Part shown: positions 7,419 to 14,826 of the stretch, in pieces
Numbering within the stretch: position 1 is the first letter of the stretch
How the letters are laid out: each line of letters starts with the position of its first letter
NCBI GenBank assembly: GCA_903916665.1
Contig: CAIWXP010000190.1
Span: 1-18,617 of the forward strand
Source of the DNA: Candidatus Iainarchaeum sp.
Lineage (GTDB): Archaea > Iainarchaeota > Iainarchaeia > Iainarchaeales > 0-14-0-20-30-16
DNA length: 18,617 nucleotides
Direction of reading: 5' to 3'
Translations under genes and position numbers: made by a program
The notes under the pieces: model-generated
The model's database searches: none
Told to the model about the DNA's origin: nothing
What the model saw: only the letters and a program-made list of their open reading frames with translations

Positions 7419-8495
7419 ATGCCTAAACCTAGATACAAGCCCCAAAGACCCGAACCTAAAAAGTTAAATAAAGAATTGAGATTGGGAAATATTACTGTCA
7501 CAAAGGATGCGGCCGAAGAATTTGCTAGAATTGCAAATAGAACAGAAAGAACTAGTTTAGAATATGCGCCTAGATTTGATTTAACAGATAATGTATTAAC
7601 AAATGTGAGAAATGTTTATCAAAGACCAGTTGAAATTATTTTAAATAAAACTATTAGTTCGCCAAATCCTAAATTATTACATTCTTTAATTGCAGCAATA
7701 AAAGATTTAAAATATTTTGCCTACAATCCAAAAACAAGATCTTTAGATAGAGAATTGTATAATCATTTAATTAATGAGTTGTATAGAAAATTAAAAGATT
7801 TTCCAATAAAAATTAAAATTGGTAAGTTTGTTTTGGATGAAAAAAACATTTTTAATATTCCTGCTCGAGACTTATTTTTGGAATTGTGGGAATCTGATTC
7901 TATTGATAGTGAGCACTTTTCAGGAAATGCTATGCAGAATATCGAATTTGATAATGATGAAAAATTACTTTTTGATAAATTTAAAAATTATTTTTTAGAG
8001 ATAGGGGATTTTGAAAAACATAAACAAGCTTTTGATGAATATGTTCAACGATTACGACTTAAACAAAGAGAAAAAAATAGTTTTAATTCTAACTTTTTTT
8101 TACATTCACATTCAAAAAGCATACCTCCGTCAATAATTGATATCGATATTGCAATTACTGGCGATCAAAAACTAGGTATTTTATATGGACGATCAAAAAT
8201 ACCTGGAAAGGAGGAAATATTTGTTATTGATAGTTCAATTAGTCATGAAAATCTAATACGTCTTTACAAAATAAGATTAAATTATTGCGAAACAGAATTA
8301 AGAAAACGATTAGGAAGAGATTTAACTGATGAAGCTATAGAAATAAGATCTAGATTATTAGAACTAAAAAGAAAAATAATGAAAATGTATACAAAAAGAG
8401 AAATAACTAAAGATGAATTCACACAATATGCTAATTTAATTAATATGCCTAATTCATCATTTGGTTTCAGCCAATTAAGAATAATTAACTTATAA
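7419..8495 (+). CDS. hypothetical protein (358 aa), no recognisable family
   Basis: Long ORF with an ATG start. It has a basic Pro-rich N-terminus (MPKPRYKPQRPEPKK), no TM segment, and a C-terminal helical, charged region. A beta-rich DxD segment (SIIDIDIAITGDQKLGILYG...EIFVIDSS) lies at aa ~238-273. Confidence 0.7.
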   Translation: MPKPRYKPQRPEPKKLNKELRLGNITVTKDAAEEFARIANRTERTSLEYAPRFDLTDNVLTNVRNVYQRPVEIILNKTISSPNPKLLHSLIAAIKDLKYFAYNPKTRSLDRELYNHLINELYRKLKDFPIKIKIGKFVLDEKNIFNIPARDLFLELWESDSIDSEHFSGNAMQNIEFDNDEKLLFDKFKNYFLEIGDFEKHKQAFDEYVQRLRLKQREKNSFNSNFFLHSHSKSIPPSIIDIDIAITGDQKLGILYGRSKIPGKEEIFVIDSSISHENLIRLYKIRLNYCETELRKRLGRDLTDEAIEIRSRLLELKRKIMKMYTKREITKDEFTQYANLINMPNSSFGFSQLRIINL

Positions 8496-8515
8496 TAAAA
8501 TCAAATAAAAATTAA

Positions 8516-10282
8516 TTATCCTGCGCCACCCCCACCTCCTCCACCACCACCTGATGATCCTCCTGAAAATCCAGAACTTCCAGAAGTTGTCATGGCAGAA
8601 GAAAATGCCGAGCTAAATGAATTTGTTGCAGAAATAATATTTGAATAATTTATTGCACTTCCAACAAATATTGCAGATCTCATATTTTTATTCGTATCTA
8701 TAAATACTAATTTCATATTCTTTTGTACTTTCTTTGCACATCCCAAAGGTATTGCATAAACCAAATATTGTTCCCATAATTTAATATCCTGTACATCTTT
8801 ATTTTTAAAATCAGAAAAATTATTTAAGTATTTTTTTAATAGAATCCATTTTGTATAATGTTCCATTGCCAACTCATTTCTATTCATTAAATATTTTGAA
8901 AATAATAAAATAACAAAACCAAATACAAATACTAATGTGCCTGCAAACACATTGTATACCATAACACCAATAAATGAAGTTAGTAACATCACTATTATCC
9001 AAACCAATATAAAAATCCATATACCTGTTCTTTTAATTTTAAGTCCTAAATCTTCTGCATCTTCTGTTACACTTTCATTCCATTCTTTTAAAAATAATTG
9101 TGCCTCTAATTGATTTTTTAATAAATATGTTTTAAATTCTGATAATAATAATTCATTGGGCGTATCATCTTTGATTTGTTTCTTAAAAAGAACATAATCT
9201 TTATAGCCATATTTGGCAGCGGTCTTAACCAAATCAAACAACAAAATTTCGCTTTTTGAAAGTTTATCAGTACTTGTATTTTTTATTAAAAATTTAAAAT
9301 CTTCTTTAGAAAATATACCCTGTGCAGCAATGAGTTCTATGGATAATTTTCCTTTCAAACATAAATTCAATAATTCTGCAGAAATACTTTCTATTCTTGG
9401 ATTTATATAAAGTAAATAACTTACTATCGCAGGACTGTAATTATAGGGAATATCTCTCACATAAATATCTTTTACCTTGTCTGATTTCCTATAATATTTT
9501 GCTTTTAAAATGAAAAAAGTTATAATTAAAATTAGAATCGAAACAATCATTAAAATAATACTATAAATTGGATTTGGGTGTTCTTGATCATAGATATTTT
9601 TTTCTGTATCTATAATTTTTTGTAATCCAGTCCCTGAATGAACAACTGCAAATTCTGTTGAAGCTAACAAACTTCTTGGAAAAACAGTATCTAACTCAAC
9701 AAATTGTTGACTAGGAATATTAAATACTTGAAATATTACTTTATTATTATCTTGCAAACCAATTTTACCATTTATCTCTGGGTGCCCCCAAATATAAACT
9801 TCTTTAGGGTCATTTACTTTTTCTGGCAAAACAATATAACCAACTAATTCATCTAAAGAATGATCCCACCCTTGACCCCACACTTTCCAATTAAATCGCG
9901 CAACATCATCATAGACATCTATTGCATTTGTTAAAGTGTAGCCCATGGTAAATGTTTTTAATTCATTATTTGCCGAATAGTACCAGGTTATTCTTGTGTT
10001 ATCTCCCACATCAGTTAGTTCAAACTGTAATGGTTGTCTTTGATCATCTAAGACATAGATATCTGAAATGGTCCAAGATCCTTTTGGTATATCTCTATAG
10101 GCATAGGTATAGGGACCAGAAAAATCAAAAGTAATTATTTCGTCTACAAATACCTTGGCATTTCCATCTATAAAAAAAGCAATATCTGCTTTATCTAAAT
10201 TATAGCTTTTGGCAAAACCAACAGAAGTGATTAAAATTAACAATGCAAATAATAAACTAAAAATAAGCAATTTTTTAACCAT
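8516..10282 (-). CDS. DUF2207-family membrane protein
   Basis: The layout is a signal/anchor helix, a ~220-aa extracellular beta-rich domain (YTYAYRDIP..., NWKVWG...), a TM segment, a cytosolic-looking helical region, further TM segments, and a Gly/Ser tail (SGSSGFSGGSSGGGGGGGGGAG, 8519-8584). That tail and layout are characteristic of DUF2207. Confidence 0.7.
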   Translation of the reverse strand: MVKKLLIFSLLFALLILITSVGFAKSYNLDKADIAFFIDGNAKVFVDEIITFDFSGPYTYAYRDIPKGSWTISDIYVLDDQRQPLQFELTDVGDNTRITWYYSANNELKTFTMGYTLTNAIDVYDDVARFNWKVWGQGWDHSLDELVGYIVLPEKVNDPKEVYIWGHPEINGKIGLQDNNKVIFQVFNIPSQQFVELDTVFPRSLLASTEFAVVHSGTGLQKIIDTEKNIYDQEHPNPIYSIILMIVSILILIITFFILKAKYYRKSDKVKDIYVRDIPYNYSPAIVSYLLYINPRIESISAELLNLCLKGKLSIELIAAQGIFSKEDFKFLIKNTSTDKLSKSEILLFDLVKTAAKYGYKDYVLFKKQIKDDTPNELLLSEFKTYLLKNQLEAQLFLKEWNESVTEDAEDLGLKIKRTGIWIFILVWIIVMLLTSFIGVMVYNVFAGTLVFVFGFVILLFSKYLMNRNELAMEHYTKWILLKKYLNNFSDFKNKDVQDIKLWEQYLVYAIPLGCAKKVQKNMKLVFIDTNKNMRSAIFVGSAINYSNIISATNSFSSAFSSAMTTSGSSGFSGGSSGGGGGGGGGAG

Positions 10283-10302
10283 ATTAGAAATATATAATTA
10301 GA

Positions 10303-10317
10303 TTTATATAACTTAGC
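10303..10317 (-). promoter_or_regulatory. TATA box plus TAAG motif for the DUF2207 gene
   Basis: The minus-strand reading is GCTAAG-TTATATAAA. The centre (~10307) lies 25 nt upstream of ATG 10282, with no SD, which is a leaderless-type layout. Confidence 0.4.
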
Positions 10318-10327
10318 CCGAATATGA

Positions 10328-10921
10328 CTAACTGAGGTATTTCTTTCGTTTCTGAATTTTTTCCATATGTTTAATTATTTCTGGATTATATTTGGCATAT
10401 TCTTTTTCAAAAACTTTCCAAATTTTTTCCGAAAAATCAGCAATAATTATTTCTCTTAAAACTTCTAAATCCATTGCTTTATCTTCTGTTTTTGTAGATA
10501 TAAAACTCAGGCCAAAATCAATAAAATAAGGTACATTATTTTTTTTATCAAATAAAATATTACAAAGCGTTAAATCCCCGTGAATAATATTGTTCCTGTG
10601 CAATTTAACAATATCTTGAGCTATTTTTTTTAATATATTTGGTTTACCATTAACAATTGATTTACTTTCACAAAAAGGCAAATATTCCATTAATATTTTA
10701 TTACCATCAGAATAATAAACAATGGGGCAACAAACATTTGCTAATTTTACTAAATTTAATATTTTAACTTCGCTTTTTAATCTTCGCAATAAAATAATAT
10801 CATCTAATTCTTTTACTCGATAGGTTTTAGAAATTCGTTCTTTCAAAATATACTTCTGTTTATTTAAAATAAAAAAAGAAATTCTTGCTTCTGCGCCTTC
10901 TGCAATTATTTTATTAGACAT
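10328..10921 (-). CDS. bud32: Bud32/PRPK-type atypical protein kinase (KEOPS subunit)
   Basis: Motifs present are IIAEGAEARI, KERISKTYRVKELD, the catalytic loop HGDLTLCNILF, and FIDFGLS. The size is ~197 aa from ATG 10921, which is preceded by AGTGGT 4 nt upstream. The longer track start (10966) would overlap the upstream gene by 32 nt. Confidence 0.85.
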   Translation of the reverse strand: MSNKIIAEGAEARISFFILNKQKYILKERISKTYRVKELDDIILLRRLKSEVKILNLVKLANVCCPIVYYSDGNKILMEYLPFCESKSIVNGKPNILKKIAQDIVKLHRNNIIHGDLTLCNILFDKKNNVPYFIDFGLSFISTKTEDKAMDLEVLREIIIADFSEKIWKVFEKEYAKYNPEIIKHMEKIQKRKKYLS

Positions 10922-10934
10922 TTTACCACTATAT

Positions 10935-11432
10935 TTATGGACAAAAAATGTATAATAAATTTTCACTCGCAGTTAAAGAATAGGTTATATTATCAAATCT
11001 AGATTCAAAATCTTTTTGTTCAACATTGGTATATTGATCTTTTATTAATTCAAATTCTAATTTTGATTCATTTAATGCTTGTTGTGCATTTTTTACATCG
11101 GTTTTCATTGTTGGCACTTCATTGGTACAATTATCTGTAAAATTTTCACCAGTGTTTAATTTGCCAGCAACATCTTTTGCCAAACCAGTTGCATTCCAAA
11201 ATTTAGCCTCAAACTCTAATCTTTTCTTATCTGTGTTAGTTGAGCTTAATGCCAATTGTGAAAGATTTTCTGAAAATAACAATAATTTTTCTGGTGTTGC
11301 GCCTTCATCAATGGTGTATTTTAACTTTAATTTGTCTATTTTAACACCAACATTATTTACATTTTGATTATAAACATAAAAAATAGCACCAAATAATACT
11401 AATATCAAAACCAAAGCACCAAACTTAGACAT
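10935..11432 (-). CDS. membrane-anchored or secreted hypothetical protein (165 aa)
   Basis: N-terminal hydrophobic helix (FGALVLILVLFGAIFYVY), five N-x-S/T sequons (NAT, NFT, NCT, NES, NIT) and two Cys. It lies 13 nt upstream of bud32 on the same strand. Confidence 0.6.
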   Translation of the reverse strand: MSKFGALVLILVLFGAIFYVYNQNVNNVGVKIDKLKLKYTIDEGATPEKLLLFSENLSQLALSSTNTDKKRLEFEAKFWNATGLAKDVAGKLNTGENFTDNCTNEVPTMKTDVKNAQQALNESKLEFELIKDQYTNVEQKDFESRFDNITYSLTASENLLYIFCP

Positions 11433-11446
11433 AGAACATCACTACT

Positions 11447-11479
11447 AAAATATATACATATAAATATATAAAGCTTAGC
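11447..11479. promoter_or_regulatory. back-to-back T/A boxes for the divergent genes at 11432 (-) and 11501 (+)
   Basis: A T/A-only run aaaatatatacatataaatatataaa is followed by gcttagc. The minus-strand reading GCTAAGC-TTTATATAT matches the recurrent promoter architecture. ATG 11501 has no SD. ATG 11432 has GTGATG 4 nt upstream. Confidence 0.35.
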
Positions 11480-11500
11480 CCCCTATTTAGATAGATTTCT

Positions 11501-12082
11501 ATGTTTTCTGAGCTTATTCAATTGATTGTATTATTCTTTGTAATTGTTGATCCATTTATGAGCATGGGCCTGTTCTTTAGTGCCACACACGCATTAAAAG
11601 CACAGGATAGAAACAGAGTTGCACTAATCGCAATAAGTGTTGCTGTGATATTAAGTGCATTATTCCTATTCTTTGGAGAACAAGTATTAACTGTTTTACA
11701 AATTCAATTAAACAATTTCCAAATTGCCGGAGGAATTATTTTAGGACTTTTGGGTATTCAAATGGTTTTGGGGCAAGCAGGGCAGGAATCTGAAAAGTTT
11801 TCGCAACAAAATGCAAGAGCCATTGCAGCAGTAATTGGTACTCCATTATTAACTGGCCCTGCAACAATAACAACAATAATTATTTCAACAACTAAATTTG
11901 GCATGCTATTAACTGGTATTGCATTAGCAATTGTTTTTTTATTTACCTATTTATTATTATATTTTTCGCCCAAAGTAACAAAATTATTGGGCCCAAATGT
12001 TACCAAAGTTATTACTACTTTATTGGGATTGATTACTTTGGTGTATGGTGTTGCATACATTAGAACTGGACTAGGATTTTAA
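11501..12082 (+). CDS. MarC-family (UPF0056) integral membrane protein
   Basis: Six predicted TM helices, with the family motifs FFVIVDPF, QIAGGIILGLLGIQM and IGTPLLTGPATIT. Confidence 0.8.
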   Translation: MFSELIQLIVLFFVIVDPFMSMGLFFSATHALKAQDRNRVALIAISVAVILSALFLFFGEQVLTVLQIQLNNFQIAGGIILGLLGIQMVLGQAGQESEKFSQQNARAIAAVIGTPLLTGPATITTIIISTTKFGMLLTGIALAIVFLFTYLLLYFSPKVTKLLGPNVTKVITTLLGLITLVYGVAYIRTGLGF

Positions 12083-12726
12083 TGCTAATTGCAGGAATTG
12101 ACGAAGCTGGGCGAGGCCCTGTTATTGGCCCAATGGTAATGAGCATATGTGTAATAGATTCCAATGATAATGATCTATTAAAAAGATTAGGTGTTAAAGA
12201 TTCTAAATTGTTAACAAAAAATCAAAGAGATACTATTTTAAAAGAAATAAAAAGAATTGCAAAAGAATATCACCATATTAAAATTGATGCAGATGAAATT
12301 GATAAACAACGAGAAAAAGATTCTTTAAACTATATAGAAGCAAAAATAACTGCCAAACTAATTAATAAATTAAAATTAAAACCTGAATTTGTTTACATTG
12401 ATTGCCCTCAAACTTCAACAGATAAATATAAAGAAAAATTATATGCACTAATTGATTTAGATACAAAACTAATTGTTGAAAATAAAGCAGATTTAAACTA
12501 TATTTGTGTTGGCGCAGCAAGTATTATTGCAAAGGTTGAAAGAGATTTAGTTATAGAAAATACAGAAAAAGAAGTAGGATTTCCATTGGGTTGTGGATAT
12601 CCCCACGACGAAATAACAATAAAAGCAATAAATAGATTAGATAAAATTAAACCAGAATTTATAAGAAAAAGTTGGCAAACCTATATTGATATTAAAAATA
12701 AAAATAGTCAGAAAAAATTATTCTAG
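12082..12726 (+). CDS. rnhB: ribonuclease HII
   Basis: Contains IAGIDEAGRGPVIGPMV, DSKLLT and AASIIAKVERD. The ATG overlaps the MarC stop codon (TAATG). Confidence 0.93.
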   Translation: MLIAGIDEAGRGPVIGPMVMSICVIDSNDNDLLKRLGVKDSKLLTKNQRDTILKEIKRIAKEYHHIKIDADEIDKQREKDSLNYIEAKITAKLINKLKLKPEFVYIDCPQTSTDKYKEKLYALIDLDTKLIVENKADLNYICVGAASIIAKVERDLVIENTEKEVGFPLGCGYPHDEITIKAINRLDKIKPEFIRKSWQTYIDIKNKNSQKKLF

Positions 12727-12730
12727 AATA

Positions 12731-13333
12731 CTAATTACCAAACAAATCTTTTAATGTTACATTTAAATCTTGAACATTAATTTCTTTTCCATTTAAAAAA
12801 ATAGTTGGTGTTCCTTTAATACCTAAATTAAATGCTGCCAAATTATCCACATCAACCAATTTATAAAAATCATTATAATTTGTAGTGTAACAGGATTCAA
12901 AATCATTGGTGTTTTTTCCTAGTTTTTCAACAAAATATATTAATTTATTTTCTGAATAATACCCTATATTTTCTTGCTTTTTTTGTAAAGTTATATCCGC
13001 ATAATAATTTTCTTCTAGTAATTTTGCAAACTCTTTTTCATAGCCAAAATTCTTTGCACACAAATATGCTACTGCTGCATTATGACTATCTTTATAATTT
13101 GAATATTGATCTAAAAATGCAATTGGTCTATACTCAAAATCTAATTTGTTATAATACTGCGTCAATAAAGGATTTAATGTTTGTACTGCAAATATACTAC
13201 AATTAGGACATTGAAAATCTAAATAATAATCTAGTTTTGGTTTTTTATTTAAAATATTAAAAAAAAGAATTGAAAGCAAAAGAACTAATATTGCACTAAT
13301 TACAATATAAGTAACTAACCTTTTACTCTTCAC
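12731..13333 (-). CDS. membrane-anchored DsbA-like thiol:disulfide oxidoreductase (thioredoxin fold)
   Basis: N-terminal TM helix, the CxxC active site FQCPNCS, and the cis-Pro loop GTPTIFLNG. The start is GTG 13333, with AGTGAT 4 nt upstream that embeds the TGA stop of the upstream gene. Confidence 0.75.
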   Translation of the reverse strand: MKSKRLVTYIVISAILVLLLSILFFNILNKKPKLDYYLDFQCPNCSIFAVQTLNPLLTQYYNKLDFEYRPIAFLDQYSNYKDSHNAAVAYLCAKNFGYEKEFAKLLEENYYADITLQKKQENIGYYSENKLIYFVEKLGKNTNDFESCYTTNYNDFYKLVDVDNLAAFNLGIKGTPTIFLNGKEINVQDLNVTLKDLFGN

Positions 13334-13337
13334 AAAA

Positions 13338-13610
13338 TCACTTTAAGTTTTCTTTTATTTTTTCTAATTTGTTTAACAATTGCCAAACATCACTTTTTGC
13401 ATTTAATGGTAAATTTGGATCTGAACTAATATCTTGTAAACCATAAATTGCTTCAGATAATTTTACAACGTTCTTTCCTTCTTTTTCTATTATACTACCT
13501 ATATTTTGTAATATATTTTTTACATTTTTGGGAATCATTGCATCTCCCAATAACATATCAATTAGATCTTTTATATCTTGAATTTCTAAATCAAAATTAA
13601 ATTCCGACAT
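13338..13610 (-). CDS. UPF0147-family small archaeal protein
   Basis: A 90-aa helical protein. DAMIPKNVKNILQNI ... LQDISSDPNLPLNAKSDVWQLLNKLE matches the remembered UPF0147 pattern (sVPRNIRr ... DPNmP ... iW). GAGGTGGT lies 4 nt upstream of the ATG. Confidence 0.7.
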   Translation of the reverse strand: MSEFNFDLEIQDIKDLIDMLLGDAMIPKNVKNILQNIGSIIEKEGKNVVKLSEAIYGLQDISSDPNLPLNAKSDVWQLLNKLEKIKENLK

Positions 13611-13625
13611 TTTACCACCTCAGGA

Positions 13626-13667
13626 TGGAAAATAAAAAAGAAAAACAAATAGGAGAATCCTATTTGT
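13626..13667 (-). terminator. intrinsic-terminator-like hairpin plus U-tract between rps3ae and the UPF0147 gene
   Basis: A 10-bp perfect stem ACAAATAGGA (13645-13654) / TCCTATTTGT (13658-13667) has a 3-nt loop and contains the rps3ae stop codon (13660-13662). On the minus strand it is followed by tttttcttttttattttcc, then the SD and ATG of the next gene. Confidence 0.45.
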
Positions 13668-14247
13668 AGATTACTTTTACTTTTTCAATTTCAGTTAGAC
13701 TTATTGGTGCAATCTTCTTTATTTTAGGATAGATTTCACTAAATAATTCTTTTGCATTCATACAAAGTTCTAGAAATTTTTCTAAAGAATTTTCAGAAGC
13801 TACTTTTTGTAAATAGGCACCTAATTCTTTTCTAATTACCTTTGTTTTTGATACTTCTTGTTTACCAAAAGTTACAGCAACATATTTTATTTTTACTTTT
13901 TGCTTATCTTTTAATTCCAAAGTATCAATTATTTCTATTTTACTAGTTCTTCTTCTAAACATTCTTCTTAAAGAAGATGCTTTAATTGTAAAACCAGCAA
14001 AATCTGTTTGTGCGTTACTACCTTCAACCTTTGATATTCTTAGTAAAGCATCAGTATTTTTATTTCTAATTTGATTTGTTAAAATACTCATATTTATTTT
14101 TACTAATCTACCAACCAATTGTTCTGGTTTAACACTAACAGTTTCACCAAATTCAGTATTGCCAAAAAATTTAGGCCCAACTAATTTGAATTGTTTTTTC
14201 TTCTTCCATTTATCAACAAATGCTCTCTTTTTCTGTTCCTCAGCCAT
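13660..14247 (-). CDS. rps3ae: 30S ribosomal protein S3Ae (eS1)
   Basis: VDKWKKKKQFKLVGPKFFG...GETVSV...LVGR is the typical eS1 N-terminus, and 195 aa is the expected size. AGGTGAT lies 5 nt upstream of the ATG. Confidence 0.9.
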   Translation of the reverse strand: MAEEQKKRAFVDKWKKKKQFKLVGPKFFGNTEFGETVSVKPEQLVGRLVKINMSILTNQIRNKNTDALLRISKVEGSNAQTDFAGFTIKASSLRRMFRRRTSKIEIIDTLELKDKQKVKIKYVAVTFGKQEVSKTKVIRKELGAYLQKVASENSLEKFLELCMNAKELFSEIYPKIKKIAPISLTEIEKVKVIYK

Positions 14248-14259
14248 AAAATATCACCT

Positions 14260-14778
14260 TTACTTCACCAATATAGCAGCTTGTTCTTCACTATATCTCC
14301 AACCTTTAGGTAATTTACTATTTCTTTTGTAATATTTTGCTAAACGTCTAATCTTAGAAACAGTTCTTTGATAACCTAATTTTGAGCTTTGATCTTTTTT
14401 ATTTATTTTCATATGTTTTAATAATTTAACTGCTCTTTTTAACAAATCTGACAAATCTTCTGGTATTTCAGCTTCTAATTTATTTTCAATTAAAATTTGA
14501 TTTATTGTTTTACCAGAGTACTTTTTAACATTGTGTACTTTAAATTCGTCTCTTAAAATTAATCCTATTTTAGATGTACTTACACCATCATTGTGTAATT
14601 CCATGATTTTCTTAATAACATCAATTTTAGGGATTTCTTTTTTAATTTCTTTTTCTGCTGCTTTGTGAACTCTAGGAGCTTCAGTATGAACTTCTTTAGG
14701 TTTCTCTACAACAGTATTTTCCAAGCCTTTAGGATTTTCCAAATCCTGAACGGGCTTGGTCATGTCTTTTGATACCAT
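14260..14778 (-). CDS. rps15: 30S ribosomal protein S15 (uS15/S13e type) with an atypical N-terminus
   Basis: Contains STSKIGLILRDEF, IPEDLSDLLKRAVKLLKHM, SKIRRLAKYYK and LPKGWRYSEEQAAILV. GGTGGTG lies 4 nt upstream of the ATG. Confidence 0.88.
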   Translation of the reverse strand: MVSKDMTKPVQDLENPKGLENTVVEKPKEVHTEAPRVHKAAEKEIKKEIPKIDVIKKIMELHNDGVSTSKIGLILRDEFKVHNVKKYSGKTINQILIENKLEAEIPEDLSDLLKRAVKLLKHMKINKKDQSSKLGYQRTVSKIRRLAKYYKRNSKLPKGWRYSEEQAAILVK

Positions 14779-14826
14779 ATAACACCACCAACCCTGTTTT
14801 AACTAAAAACAAGTAGTAAATACATA

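Noticed and set aside
8519-8584. Gly/Ser-tail coding tract of the DUF2207 gene, considered as a slippage-prone or phase-variable repeat.
   Set aside because: The Gly codons are mixed (ggt, gga, ggg, ggc) rather than a homopolymer or perfect short tandem repeat, and Gly-rich tails are a normal feature of this family.
1325-10966. Longer N-terminal extensions offered by the ORF track: GTG 1325 (taw3), GTG 3120 (binding protein), TTG 7386 (deoxyribosyltransferase-like) and 10966 (bud32).
   Set aside because: Each extension overlaps a neighbouring gene or a promoter element and adds non-conserved-looking residues. A downstream ATG with an SD or leaderless geometry fits better. The exact starts remain uncertain.
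9213-13206. ORF-track entries 9213-9410 (+), 9952-10134 (+), 11122-11367 (+) and 13024-13206 (+).
   Set aside because: All are fully nested antisense to longer ORFs with coherent domain or topology features. None has an independent start signal.
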